From contig DAIDHL010000001.1 of the NCBI GenBank assembly GCA_027459745.1, forward strand, positions 168,290-232,289: a stretch of DNA of 64,000 nt. Direction: 5' to 3'. The stretch comes from Candidatus Levyibacteriota bacterium. Lineage in GTDB: Bacteria > Patescibacteriota > Microgenomatia > Levybacterales > UBA12049. Below, piece after piece: positions 20,699 to 31,004 of the stretch. Made by a program: the position numbers and the translations under genes. Below the pieces are notes generated by a model that worked only from the letters and a program-made list of their open reading frames with translations, did no database searches and was not told where the DNA came from. Positions within the stretch are counted from its first letter, which is position 1. Each line of letters starts with the position of its first letter.

Positions 20699-21216
20699 AG
20701 AAAAAAATTTCCAAACTATATCTAATGTTAAAAAATCCTAAAGGTTTTACTTTGGTAGAGATGTTGCTATATATGGCTATTTTTTCGATATTGATGGGAG
20801 TACTGATACAGATATTTTTTTCAGCAATTGATACTCAGTTGACGTCTAAAGCAACTTCTAGCGTAGACCAGGACGGAGCATATATCTTATCCAGATTAAA
20901 TTATGATATCTCCCGCGCACAAGCTGTAACATCTCCCAGCAGTTATGGAGTTGGTGCTAGCTCATTGTCTTTACAAATAGGAGGAGCTTCATATACATAT
21001 TCTTTAGATTCTAACGAAAATTTAGTTCTAAACAATACTTATGGCATAAATCAATTAAATAGTGTGGACACTGTATTGAGTAACCTTTCCTTTACCAGAA
21101 TAGGTAATCCGGGCGGTAAAGATACAATTCAGCTTAATTTTCAGCTCAAAAGTACGACTCAAAGAAACACTGGTTATGAATTAAGAAATTTTACTACAAC
21201 AGTAAGTTTGCGTTAA
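20695..21216 (+). CDS. type IV minor pilin (PilW/GspJ-like)
   Basis: KG|FTLVEMLLY. Confidence 0.88.
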   Translation: MKKKISKLYLMLKNPKGFTLVEMLLYMAIFSILMGVLIQIFFSAIDTQLTSKATSSVDQDGAYILSRLNYDISRAQAVTSPSSYGVGASSLSLQIGGASYTYSLDSNENLVLNNTYGINQLNSVDTVLSNLSFTRIGNPGGKDTIQLNFQLKSTTQRNTGYELRNFTTTVSLR

Positions 21217-21217
21217 T

Positions 21218-21598
21218 ATGAAGCACTTAACTCAAAAAGGACAAGCATTGATAACTTTACTATTATTTGTAATTATTTCTGTTACGATTACGAGTGGTGC
21301 AATTATAGTTATTTTATTAAACTCACGCAATGTAACACAAATTTCTCAGGCTGGAACTTGTAAAGTTATTGCGGAAACAGGAGCAGAAAATGCATTGTTG
21401 CGCATCTTGCGAGATCCAAGTTATACTGGAGAAGTAATGTCCTTGGATGGTGGCTCAACTACCGTGCAAGTGGCTAGTAGTGGAGGAACCTTCACCATTA
21501 CATCGTCAGCTACACTTGATTCATATCATAGTACTATTCAAGTAGTAGCTAATGAAACTAATGATGTGATGAGTGTATCTTCCTGGAAGGAGTTATAA
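21218..21598 (+). CDS. PilX/GspK-like minor pilin
   Basis: KG|QALITLL (no Glu5), AETGAENALLR. Confidence 0.8.
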   Translation: MKHLTQKGQALITLLLFVIISVTITSGAIIVILLNSRNVTQISQAGTCKVIAETGAENALLRILRDPSYTGEVMSLDGGSTTVQVASSGGTFTITSSATLDSYHSTIQVVANETNDVMSVSSWKEL

Positions 21599-21599
21599 T

Positions 21600-22763
21600 A
21601 TGCCAGAAAATAAAACATTTGCCGTAATATACTTAGATACACAATATTTCGATTATTATGCCCTTCATTTTCAAACACCTTTAAGATTTACTTTCACTAC
21701 AGACACTGTGGGACATATGGATGTCTTGTCGATAGATAAATTAACTGGTCAATTGACCAGCTTTATAACCAATTATAAATTGCCGTCTGCCTCTATCCTT
21801 TTGATACTTTCTGATCGTATGTTATTTTGCAAAGAATTTAACCTTATAGCTCCAGATTCGTCAGAAAATGAAGATATCAAGAATTTTTTAGACATGGTGC
21901 CTTTTGAACACGTGCTCAGTAAAGTATACAAACTTGATCGGAAGATAATTGTTGCCGCCACAAATCAGGATTTTATAAACGTATTTACTAGGGCATTTAA
22001 AGTCAGTAGTCAGATAGATGTATGTATCCCTAGTTTTCTACTTGGCAAAGAATTTAATTTAGATAAAGGATTGTCAAATGAATATGCAAGACTGCTGATA
22101 GAAAAACTTGGCAGTATAAAAATGTGGTCTTTACCTCTTGATCATGATTATGTTGCCCCTGTTTTACCTAAAAGTAGGACTGTTAATAATGCACATAGTG
22201 ACAATTTAAAAGATAGTACTGATTTACAACCGGAAGATCAACCTAAATTGAATAAACCTAACAATACTAGAATTTTTGCTATGGTTGGGATATTTCTATT
22301 GCTCATAGGTATTTTGGTTTTTATGTTTATACAACAATCAATACAAAATAATAAGGCTGATGCATTAGCCAAAGCAAATAATCAAGCTAAGCTTAAACAA
22401 CAGCAAGCTAATGCAAATAATAATTCTATTACTCCGAATACTGTTTTACCCACCGGAGAACCAGCAACGGCTTTTACTGCCACAACAGAAGAACAAAACT
22501 TAACAGTTTCAGTGCAATACACTACAAATTATGCTTCTCAAGCTGCGCAGATTGTGAATAATTTAAACGGCTTCGGCATCAAAAATGTTAGTAGCTTGCC
22601 AATCAGTAGCTCTTCTAATAAACAAATTGTAGTTTTAACATCTGACAAACTTTCAGCTGCGTCTCGACAAAGAATTTTGTCTCAAGTACAAAAGGTAGAA
22701 TCTAATGCTATCTTAGGCTCTAACTCTCAATTATCCGTGGATGTATTAATATTGCTACAGTAG
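21600..22763 (+). CDS. bitopic membrane protein in pilus operon (possible PilM/PilN-like alignment component)
   Basis: Cytoplasmic N-domain, one TM helix, Gln/Asn-rich linker, extracellular C-domain; position in the operon. Confidence 0.55.
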   Translation: MPENKTFAVIYLDTQYFDYYALHFQTPLRFTFTTDTVGHMDVLSIDKLTGQLTSFITNYKLPSASILLILSDRMLFCKEFNLIAPDSSENEDIKNFLDMVPFEHVLSKVYKLDRKIIVAATNQDFINVFTRAFKVSSQIDVCIPSFLLGKEFNLDKGLSNEYARLLIEKLGSIKMWSLPLDHDYVAPVLPKSRTVNNAHSDNLKDSTDLQPEDQPKLNKPNNTRIFAMVGIFLLLIGILVFMFIQQSIQNNKADALAKANNQAKLKQQQANANNNSITPNTVLPTGEPATAFTATTEEQNLTVSVQYTTNYASQAAQIVNNLNGFGIKNVSSLPISSSSNKQIVVLTSDKLSAASRQRILSQVQKVESNAILGSNSQLSVDVLILLQ

Positions 22764-22767
22764 AAAC

Positions 22768-23232
22768 ATGAGTAGTGCAAAAAGTCTTAAATTTCAAAAA
22801 GGGTTTACGTTAATCGAGCTTTTGATGGTTATTGGAATCTTATCTGTTTTAGTTGGCATTGTATTAGTAGCGATTAACCCTTCTAATCAATTTAAGCAAG
22901 CGAATGACACGAAGAGACAAAATGATGTAGTGGCAATTCTTGGAGCAATCGGACAATATCAGGCAGATCATAATGATGCTCTTCCAGCTGGTTTATCATC
23001 TAATATGTCGTCTACAGAACTTTCCAGTAATGGAGCTAATATTTGTGCTAGTCTTGTCCCAGCTTATATAGCAGCTTTACCTGAAGACCCATTAATATCT
23101 GGTGGAGTAGGAATTACTAACTGTAGTAGTAATTATGATACAGGTTATACCATCGCAATTTCAGCTACAAATACAATTACAATTGCGGGCACAGCTGAAA
23201 TGCCAGGAGTGACTATATCAGTAAGTAGGTGA
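22768..23232 (+). CDS. type IV pilin (probable major pilin)
   Basis: KG|FTLIELLMVIGIL, AND.KR..D, LPEDP, Cys pair. Confidence 0.9.
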   Translation: MSSAKSLKFQKGFTLIELLMVIGILSVLVGIVLVAINPSNQFKQANDTKRQNDVVAILGAIGQYQADHNDALPAGLSSNMSSTELSSNGANICASLVPAYIAALPEDPLISGGVGITNCSSNYDTGYTIAISATNTITIAGTAEMPGVTISVSR

Positions 23233-23269
23233 GGGGTTGGTTGATTGTAGGTTAACTGATTTACTAAAT

Positions 23270-23707
23270 TTATTTCTCCTCACGTTCTTTTTTTCTTTGA
23301 TCTTCGGTTTCATCAGGACGTTTATAATCATCTTCAAGTCTGTATGTTGTGCCGATTTCAGGTGTAGAAACCTCAATGACGTCACAGTCCGTAATGCCTA
23401 CTAGGCGGTGTTTCTGACCCAGAGCACAGGTATAACCAACATTTGCTTGAAGTTCGGTCTCCATTAATTCACCTAGATTGTTTTCCCAGACGACCTTGGC
23501 ACGTCCATTCGTGAGTAACCAGCTCTCTTGTTTTTTGTCATGTACTTGTAGACTTAAGCGGCTGCCAGCATTGATATGAATGATTTTACCCATGTAGGGG
23601 ACATTTGCAGGTACCCAGTGCAATTCATAACCCCATGGTTTTTCAATTTTTCTGACATAAGAATCATTAGAAAACTTGGATTTATCAATTTTATTAAGAT
23701 CAAACAT
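23270..23707 (-). CDS. cupin, mannose-6-phosphate isomerase type II C-terminal-like
   Basis: KPWGYE, RLSLQVH.KK.E, HRL, EVST. Confidence 0.85.
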   Translation of the reverse strand: MFDLNKIDKSKFSNDSYVRKIEKPWGYELHWVPANVPYMGKIIHINAGSRLSLQVHDKKQESWLLTNGRAKVVWENNLGELMETELQANVGYTCALGQKHRLVGITDCDVIEVSTPEIGTTYRLEDDYKRPDETEDQRKKEREEK

Positions 23708-23721
23708 ACTATATTTTGAGG

Positions 23722-25089
23722 TTATGCCATCGAGTTAATTAAATCTACTAATTCTTTGGTTTTTTCTTTTTCTACTTTCTCTGAACGAGCCTCAACATTT
23801 ATGCGCAATAGTGGTTCGGTATTTGACTTACGTAGATTAAATCTCCATTGATCATATTCAACTGATAAACCATCAACAAACTCTTGTTTTCCGTCATTAT
23901 ATTTCTCTTTTATGGCCTCAATTATTTTATCTTTATTTTCAGTTTCAAAATTAATCTCGCCAGAAATAAAATATTTACTTGTATAAGGAGACACCAACTG
24001 TGATAATGTTTGGGAATACTTGGACATCATCTCCCAAATTAAGAAGAAAGGAATCATGCCATTGTCACGTCCATAGTTTTCTTTGAAGTAAAAATGAGAA
24101 GACATTTCTCCGCCGAAGATGGCGTTTTCAGTTTTCATATTACCAGCGATAATTGTCATACCAGGAGGACTAATAAAAGGTGTGCCTCCATTGGAAGTAA
24201 TAGCTTCAGTGGTAGCCCAAGTTAAACGTGGATCAATAATTACAGTTGATCCGGGACTTTTCTTTAATAACTCAACTGACATTACTGCCGTCATGAAATA
24301 ACCTTCAATAAAATTAGCTGTTTCATCAGCAAAAAAACATCTATCTCCATCTGCATCCCAAGAGACTCCCAAATCAGCTTTTTCTTCAGAAATTGCGGCT
24401 AGTAATTCTTTTCTGTTACCGGGAAGTAATGGGTTGGGTGGACCTTTAGGGAAAGTGCCATCTGGTCGGTCGTTAAGAGGAACAATTGTCAAAGGTAAAT
24501 TAAATATCTCTACGGCTCTTTTTAACATAATTACGTCCACTCCAAAGTTAGCATTAGCGACCACTTTAATTGGTTTAAGCTGTTTATAATCTACAAATTC
24601 TACGGCTTTTTTTAAAAAGTCATCTAAAACATCTTTTTCTTCTACCGTGCCTTTAGCATCTGACTTTAGTGGCTCAAAACCCTTATCTACCAAATCTCTA
24701 ATATCAAATAAACCTGTTTTGGAAGAAATAGGTTCAGCACCTCTTTTGCAAATATTCATGCCATTATATTCACGTGGGTTATGTGAGGCTGAAATAGTAA
24801 TACCACCATCCACTGGCAATTCACCTACCGCAAAATAGAAGACATCTGTAGAAACTACTCCAATGTTTATAACATTTACACCTGCATCCAAAAAGCCATT
24901 TAAAGCAGCATTAAACAACGATTCACCCGACTCTCTGACATCTCTACCTAAAACTACAATTTTAGGGTTATATAATTTAACATAGGCTTGAGCTACTTGA
25001 TAAGCTATTTCTTCATTAAAGTCTGTGGGGTATATTCCGCGGATGTCGTAAGACTTAAATATAGATGGGTTTAGTGCCATATCCCACAT
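23722..25089 (-). CDS. phosphomannomutase/phosphoglucomutase
   Basis: FKSYDIRG, SASHNP, DADGDR, GEMSSH, R.SNTEP. Confidence 0.95.
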   Translation of the reverse strand: MWDMALNPSIFKSYDIRGIYPTDFNEEIAYQVAQAYVKLYNPKIVVLGRDVRESGESLFNAALNGFLDAGVNVINIGVVSTDVFYFAVGELPVDGGITISASHNPREYNGMNICKRGAEPISSKTGLFDIRDLVDKGFEPLKSDAKGTVEEKDVLDDFLKKAVEFVDYKQLKPIKVVANANFGVDVIMLKRAVEIFNLPLTIVPLNDRPDGTFPKGPPNPLLPGNRKELLAAISEEKADLGVSWDADGDRCFFADETANFIEGYFMTAVMSVELLKKSPGSTVIIDPRLTWATTEAITSNGGTPFISPPGMTIIAGNMKTENAIFGGEMSSHFYFKENYGRDNGMIPFFLIWEMMSKYSQTLSQLVSPYTSKYFISGEINFETENKDKIIEAIKEKYNDGKQEFVDGLSVEYDQWRFNLRKSNTEPLLRINVEARSEKVEKEKTKELVDLINSMA

Positions 25090-25090
25090 A

Positions 25091-25777
25091 TTAAATCTCA
25101 GCTAAAAAAAAGTCAAGGGTATCAGGTAAGGGTTGTGTAAGATTGCCTGTCTTGTATTGCCAGTCAAAATTAAATAATTTTTCATGTAGGATTAGTAACT
25201 TTTTAGTTGAAAAAAGCTTGCTTTGTTTTATCAACTTGGGTTTTTGCCACTGCATCATATTAATTTCAGAGATGCTGGTAAGTGAGTTTTCTTTTAGGGC
25301 TAAAAGTAAACGTATTTGTTTGCCAATCATAAATAGAATTATTTCCGGTTCTATATTTTGCAAGGTTTGGTGATAAAGAAAAATTAATCGTTTGCTATTT
25401 TCAGGTGCTAATGCATCAAGCAATTGAAAAAGAGTTTGTGGGTAAGAAAATTCTCTAAATACTGCTCCGGCCAGTTTTTTCTGTTGTGGTTTTGAGAGCT
25501 GTTTCTGTTCCCATAATGCAATGTTGCCTTTATTATGTTTATGTAAAAAATCAATTAAAATATCCAGTTCCTTTCCGGCATGTTTTTTACTTAAAAGGTT
25601 TTCTATAAAGACGTCTTTATTTTCCACAAATAAACCATTTCCTTCAACAGCTTCTGTTAAATCAGTCAAAGTCATTTTATCACCCTGCAATGTAATCGCA
25701 TCAAGTGTGCTTTGTTTAAGCTGAAAATAAAAGTTACGAGAATCTTTTAAATTATCACCGTGAATAATAGTTAACAT
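25091..25777 (-). CDS. holA: DNA polymerase III delta subunit (HolA-like)
   Basis: IIHGD start, LFQLLDAL, D...KTG C-terminal motif. Confidence 0.75.
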   Translation of the reverse strand: MLTIIHGDNLKDSRNFYFQLKQSTLDAITLQGDKMTLTDLTEAVEGNGLFVENKDVFIENLLSKKHAGKELDILIDFLHKHNKGNIALWEQKQLSKPQQKKLAGAVFREFSYPQTLFQLLDALAPENSKRLIFLYHQTLQNIEPEIILFMIGKQIRLLLALKENSLTSISEINMMQWQKPKLIKQSKLFSTKKLLILHEKLFNFDWQYKTGNLTQPLPDTLDFFLAEI

Positions 25778-25815
25778 AGTTTAATAATCCAACAAACACA
25801 TATTCTAATATTTAA

Positions 25816-26196
25816 CTATTCATTTATTCTTTTTTTGTACTCTTTAAATAATTTACCTACTGATTGACCGATATTTTGGTGTCGAGTTTTATGAGGAACT
25901 AATGCACCAGAAAAATTCTTAGGTATATGTAACAATTCATGAATTAAAACCTTGGTTTTTTTCTCATCGTCCAGCTTGTCATAATATTTTGATAGAACTT
26001 CAATCACGTATGCCGGCTCAACCTCCAGAGCCTGTTGAAAAATTTTAGGAAATGCCCAGGTGCGGGCATAAGCACGGGATTTTGAGCCATAAGTACGATA
26101 ACAAAAAACTCTATTCAAATTAATGTATGGTAAATCGAGAACTTTTATTATTTGTTCTAATTTTTTTTTGATATCTTCAGCTATTTCCCAATCCAT
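25816..26196 (-). CDS. putative zinc metallopeptidase
   Basis: AYAR.W, YVIEV, LIHELLHIP (HExxH). Confidence 0.8.
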   Translation of the reverse strand: MDWEIAEDIKKKLEQIIKVLDLPYINLNRVFCYRTYGSKSRAYARTWAFPKIFQQALEVEPAYVIEVLSKYYDKLDDEKKTKVLIHELLHIPKNFSGALVPHKTRHQNIGQSVGKLFKEYKKRINE

Positions 26197-26362
26197 AAAA
26201 TGATAAACCTTAAATCTAAATTTTCAGAAGACTAGGAATACTCAGTTAATCTGAAAATTAGACTTCCAGTGAATCAGATTTTCAAATATATACTGACTTT
26301 TCTAAAATTCGGATCTACCGAAACTCTGAGTGTTCAAAGTTTTCTGAATATCGAATTCAATT

Positions 26363-27520
26363 TTAGATTTTCAATAGCCATTTTAACAAAATTTTAACAG
26401 ATGTTGGTAAGATAAATTTAGGTTGGGTGGTATTTATGACATTGGGGAAATTTTTGGTGGGAGGGTTGAATGTTTTTACTGTAGCAGCAGCTAGAACCTG
26501 GGAACTATTTAATACAGGTTTGCCCTTAGTTTTAGATATGTTTTTTAAGAATTTATATTCATTTGTTTGACTATTGTCAGGTTTTATCAATGAGAAAGGT
26601 TGGAATGGTCCAGCTGCTGCATCTAAGAGAAAAGGGGTGATTGCAACAATACTAGGGTCGTTCCATACGTTATTAAAGGCTTGTTGATAATAACCAACGA
26701 TAGTATTGTCGCTTACAATATCATCCTCCCAACCTGTTTCCGTAATAAATACAGGCAACTTTTTACCTCCTAATTGTTGTAATAGATTTTGTTCGTAGTG
26801 AAAACTGTAAATACTTTCAGTTGTATTAACACTGGGGGGTTGAATAAAGCCTGGATTGGGGTAGGAGTGGCTAGAAAATCCGTCAATCTCAGAAAAAATA
26901 TTCGGTACTGCTTGTGCCATCGCCTCGTAGTACTGATATTCATTCATATATTGATTGCCTTGAGTAGGTGCAGCATTATCCATGCCTGCACTTATCATAA
27001 AAAAATCTGGATTTACAAATTTAAACTCTTTAACAGCATAATCCAGCAGTTGTGCATAGCCTGCTGGATCGACTGATCCTCCCCATTCGTCAGCTCTATT
27101 TACCTCGTTATATACAATTATATATCGATTTCTAGTAGGCCAATTCAATGAATTTAAAAAATTAGCGAAATCTATGATGTCGTTATAATCAGGCTTACTC
27201 CAGTCTTGTGTATTAAAATAATCACCAGTAGTGGCCAATCTAATAATGGGAATAATGTGATCTTTTTTACACTCATCCATAAAATTTTGCCATTTTACCA
27301 GATCTTTATCATCAGACTGAATGGGAATGGTGACGTACCCCCAGTCACCTCCATTGCCATTAACTAAACCAGCAGCGTTATCTACCTCACTAGGGAAAAG
27401 AATATGTATGCCAATTTTGTTATTTGGTACGGACAGGGGGTTTTCTATGGCATAAATTTGTTTTACGGGGAAGAGAATAAAAACAAGAAGGAATAGTATA
27501 TAAATAAAAAGTTTTTTCAT
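26363..27520 (-). CDS. secreted glycoside hydrolase (clan GH-A-like)
   Basis: Signal peptide MKKLF; YNEVN acid/base, SHSYP, ITETGW nucleophile; TATAAT 7 nt before ATG 27520. Confidence 0.8.
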   Translation of the reverse strand: MKKLFIYILFLLVFILFPVKQIYAIENPLSVPNNKIGIHILFPSEVDNAAGLVNGNGGDWGYVTIPIQSDDKDLVKWQNFMDECKKDHIIPIIRLATTGDYFNTQDWSKPDYNDIIDFANFLNSLNWPTRNRYIIVYNEVNRADEWGGSVDPAGYAQLLDYAVKEFKFVNPDFFMISAGMDNAAPTQGNQYMNEYQYYEAMAQAVPNIFSEIDGFSSHSYPNPGFIQPPSVNTTESIYSFHYEQNLLQQLGGKKLPVFITETGWEDDIVSDNTIVGYYQQAFNNVWNDPSIVAITPFLLDAAAGPFQPFSLIKPDNSQTNEYKFLKNISKTKGKPVLNSSQVLAAATVKTFNPPTKNFPNVINTTQPKFILPTSVKILLKWLLKI

Positions 27521-27628
27521 CCAATTAATTATATCACTTGACATTAGATTAAATAAATCTTATAGTATTGCGATATTTTAATTTTAACATAATCCAGGCA
27601 CGAATCTATCTACTTGGAATAATTAACT

Positions 27629-28318
27629 ATGAAAAAGGAGTTTATAATAGATTCAAGAATAATAAATAATCTTGATGCTGCATCAGATGGGAAACAAAGT
27701 AAAGGGCAACATCCTTTAAGAAATCCTCTTATCAGGAGGATTTTTGATTCATTGATTGTTAACGGAATGGAGTATTTCTCAGTTCATGATACATTAAATA
27801 TAAACGGTGAAACAACTTTCTGTTTGCAAGCTTTTCCATATGTGAATGAAATCAAAGATGTTGAGACTTTTCTGGATAAAGTAGGTCAATTATATAAATG
27901 GTTAACTATGTTTACAGATGCAAAGTGGACTGAAAAACCTTTTGAAGTTGGGCATACAAGCGCAGAGAGTTTATATTTAGGTTCTTTGGAGACTACAAAT
28001 TATTTTCCAGTTTCAGAAAAGTATAGAGCCTCATATCATGATGTATTAAGAGAATATACGAGAACGCATAAACGAAATGCGAGGTTTTGGCGAAAATTAA
28101 ATGAGTGGTACTTAGAACGTTTGGCTGTCGAAGCAAATAGAGAGTATTATAAAACAAATATTCAGGTCATCCCATATCCAGCAAGAAGATTTGCAGAGGC
28201 AGGAAGAATGTCATCTTTAAGAAAAGGGCAAGCGAGAGTAAGTCATCAAATGGTTATTCAGTCCACAAGAAATCCGGGACTTAACAATGCGCAGTTTATA
28301 TCATTATTGAATGAGTAA
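27629..28318 (+). CDS. hypothetical protein
   Basis: 229-aa ORF with no recognised motif. Confidence 0.6.
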   Translation: MKKEFIIDSRIINNLDAASDGKQSKGQHPLRNPLIRRIFDSLIVNGMEYFSVHDTLNINGETTFCLQAFPYVNEIKDVETFLDKVGQLYKWLTMFTDAKWTEKPFEVGHTSAESLYLGSLETTNYFPVSEKYRASYHDVLREYTRTHKRNARFWRKLNEWYLERLAVEANREYYKTNIQVIPYPARRFAEAGRMSSLRKGQARVSHQMVIQSTRNPGLNNAQFISLLNE

Positions 28319-28345
28319 ATAATATACAATAGATAATTAAATCTA

Positions 28346-29314
28346 ATGAAAAATAATAATTTCTGGAAAGATTTACCAAGACCATTTTCAGCATTGGCTC
28401 CTATGGATGGAGTAACTGATGCTGTTTTCCGACAAATTATTGTAGAAACAGGCAAACCTGATGTATTGTTCACTGAATTTACCAATTGTGACGGGTTACT
28501 ATCTAGTGGAAAGGATAAAGTTATTCAAAGATTGAAGTTTAAGTCAAATGAACATTTTATAGTCGCACAGATTTGGGGAAACGATCCTAAAACTTTTTAT
28601 GAATCTGCCAAGATTTGCGTAGATTTAGGTTTCGATGGAATTGATATAAATATGGGTTGTCCAGTGCGAGACATCACACAGCATGGAGCATGTTCTGCTT
28701 TGATTGATAATCCTAAATTGGCGGGAGAGATTATTCAGGCTACTAAAGACGGAGCAGGAAAATTACCAGTAAGTGTAAAAACTCGTGTAGGGAGAAAAAT
28801 GGAAATTATTGATCAGTGGATAAGGTTTTTACTTCAGCAGGACTTGCCTGCATTAACTATACATCTGCGGACAGTAGCCGAAATGTCAAAAGTGCCCGCT
28901 CACTGGGAATACATGGCCAAAATAGTTAAATTGCGAAACGAGATTGCACCCCAAACATTACTGGTTGGGAATGGCGATGTACAAAATTTAGTAGATGGAG
29001 AAGAAAAGACACAAGTATATAGAATTGAGGGGATAATGTATGGAAGAGCTGTTTTTAGTGATCCTTGGTTATTTAATAAATCAATAGATAAAACAACAAT
29101 TACAGTTAAGCAACGGCTAGTACTTTTTCAACAACATTTAGATTTATTTAGAAGTGAGTATGGAGAAACGACAAATTATGCCATCCTTAAAAAATATTGT
29201 AAAATATACATGAATAGTTTTTCCAATGCAGCTGAGTTGAGAGAGAAAATCATGTTAACGAAAAGCTTAACCGAAATGGAACAAGTCACTAAAGATATGA
29301 TAAAGAGCTTATAA
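28346..29314 (+). CDS. dus: tRNA-dihydrouridine synthase
   Basis: LAPMDGVTD, DINMGCP, SVKTR, H.RT, GNGD, GR. Confidence 0.93.
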   Translation: MKNNNFWKDLPRPFSALAPMDGVTDAVFRQIIVETGKPDVLFTEFTNCDGLLSSGKDKVIQRLKFKSNEHFIVAQIWGNDPKTFYESAKICVDLGFDGIDINMGCPVRDITQHGACSALIDNPKLAGEIIQATKDGAGKLPVSVKTRVGRKMEIIDQWIRFLLQQDLPALTIHLRTVAEMSKVPAHWEYMAKIVKLRNEIAPQTLLVGNGDVQNLVDGEEKTQVYRIEGIMYGRAVFSDPWLFNKSIDKTTITVKQRLVLFQQHLDLFRSEYGETTNYAILKKYCKIYMNSFSNAAELREKIMLTKSLTEMEQVTKDMIKSL

Positions 29315-29366
29315 TATATAAAGTAATTGCTTGTCTGAAAGTTCCTATTATGTATAATAAACATAT

Positions 29367-30077
29367 ATGAATACTAAATTAAGTGTTATTATTCCAACCT
29401 TTAATGAAGAGGAGTTCTTGCCTAATTTACTGGATTCATTAAAAAAACAAACTTTCCGTCCCGAAGAAATTATAGTAAGTGATGCATTTTCAACTGATAA
29501 TACTCGTAATATAGCTGCGTTGTACGGATGTAAAGTCATTGACGGAGGACGTCCTGCTCATGCTAGAAACAAAGGAGCAAGCGTGGCAAAGGGGGAGATC
29601 TTACTATTTTTAGATGCAGATGTAGTTTTGCCTAAAAATTTCCTTAAAGATACGATTTCTGAATTCGAGAAGCGTAAGTTAGATATTGCTTCCTGTTTTG
29701 TAACCCCTTTGTCCAATTTGACGGTGGATCACATGCTCCATTCACTGGTGAATTATTATATTAAACTCACATCGGAATTCTACCCTCATTTACCAGGTTT
29801 TTGTGTTTTTGTAAGAAAAAGTACACATAATAAAATTAAGGGTTTTGACGAAGAATTATTATTAGCAGAAGATCATGATTATGTGCAGCGAGCTAAGCAA
29901 TTTGGTAAGTTTGCCTTTTTAAATGCTTATAAAGTTCCTGTATCAGTGAGGAGATTATCAGAAGAAGGTAGATTCAAAATCGCTCTTAAATATGTTGCAA
30001 TTGAGATCCATTTATTCTTGCTGGGGCATATTAAAGAGAATATATTTGAATACAATTTCGGCAAACATCATAAATAG
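29367..30077 (+). CDS. glycosyltransferase family 2
   Basis: SVIIPTFNEE, STD.T, ARN.G, FLDAD, GFDE...ED. Confidence 0.93.
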   Translation: MNTKLSVIIPTFNEEEFLPNLLDSLKKQTFRPEEIIVSDAFSTDNTRNIAALYGCKVIDGGRPAHARNKGASVAKGEILLFLDADVVLPKNFLKDTISEFEKRKLDIASCFVTPLSNLTVDHMLHSLVNYYIKLTSEFYPHLPGFCVFVRKSTHNKIKGFDEELLLAEDHDYVQRAKQFGKFAFLNAYKVPVSVRRLSEEGRFKIALKYVAIEIHLFLLGHIKENIFEYNFGKHHK

Positions 30078-30080
30078 TCG

Positions 30081-30920
30081 ATGATATATAGTAGAATTAC
30101 CAAAAAAAGTTTCTCTCCTGAGCCAAATGTGACAGATTACTACTGGGTATGCGGTAACGAGTCTAATCCAGCTTTATTGTTTCTTCCTGGATACACAGGT
30201 ACTCATAAAGATCTTTTAGAAATGTCTGAAATTCTCAAAGAAGAATATTTTGTTTTGATTCCGGACTTACCAGGCTGGGGAGATTCGCAGCCCTTATATG
30301 AACGCTTAACCTTAACTAACTATGCCGATTATCTGGAAAAATTGCTTAATTCAATAGCGCTACAAAGACTTATTGTATGTGGCCATTGTATGGGAGCTAC
30401 TTTAGCTATAGAGCTAGCTCATAAATATCCTGATTTGGTTAAAGAATTGTTTTTAATAAGTACACCCTATATACATAATACCTTAAGTGAAACTATGTTT
30501 TTGCACTTGGCTGATTTAAGCGAACATTCTCCAAGGCCATTTAAAAGTTTTTTCTTCTTGTGGAGAAGTAGAATTTTTAGCGTCCCTTTAAGCCTTTTTA
30601 TTTTAAAATTCCGTAGTTTTAGAAAGATGTTAAAAATTACATTTAAAACAGCGTTTTCGCAAACTAAACAAGACGAAAAAGCTGTAGAGGAAAACTGGAT
30701 TAGCTTGATTCATTTTGATTATAAAAAGATTCTTAATTTAAACATTCCCATTTATTTAATTTATGGAGATGAGGACCTGATCATAAACAAGAAACAGGCA
30801 TATAAGTTTCATTCTTTACGACCCTCAGTGCCATTACACTTTATTCCTCATGCTGGGCATTTACCTCCCGTAGAAACACCTGGTAGTCTAGCTAACTATA
30901 TAAAGAGCCTTACGGCATAG
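30081..30920 (+). CDS. alpha/beta hydrolase with Cys nucleophile elbow
   Basis: PDLPGWG, GHCMG, GDED, AGH. Confidence 0.85.
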   Translation: MIYSRITKKSFSPEPNVTDYYWVCGNESNPALLFLPGYTGTHKDLLEMSEILKEEYFVLIPDLPGWGDSQPLYERLTLTNYADYLEKLLNSIALQRLIVCGHCMGATLAIELAHKYPDLVKELFLISTPYIHNTLSETMFLHLADLSEHSPRPFKSFFFLWRSRIFSVPLSLFILKFRSFRKMLKITFKTAFSQTKQDEKAVEENWISLIHFDYKKILNLNIPIYLIYGDEDLIINKKQAYKFHSLRPSVPLHFIPHAGHLPPVETPGSLANYIKSLTA

Positions 30921-31004
30921 TTTTCTACAAAATCTGTTATCAAAATCCTTCAATCTAAATAAGATTTTGCGAATGATTTAGCGCATAAATGCGACTTACA
31001 TTAT

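Noticed and set aside
15441-23232. Type II secretion system
   Set aside because: No secretin or other outer-membrane components; the gene set fits a monoderm type IV pilus or competence cluster
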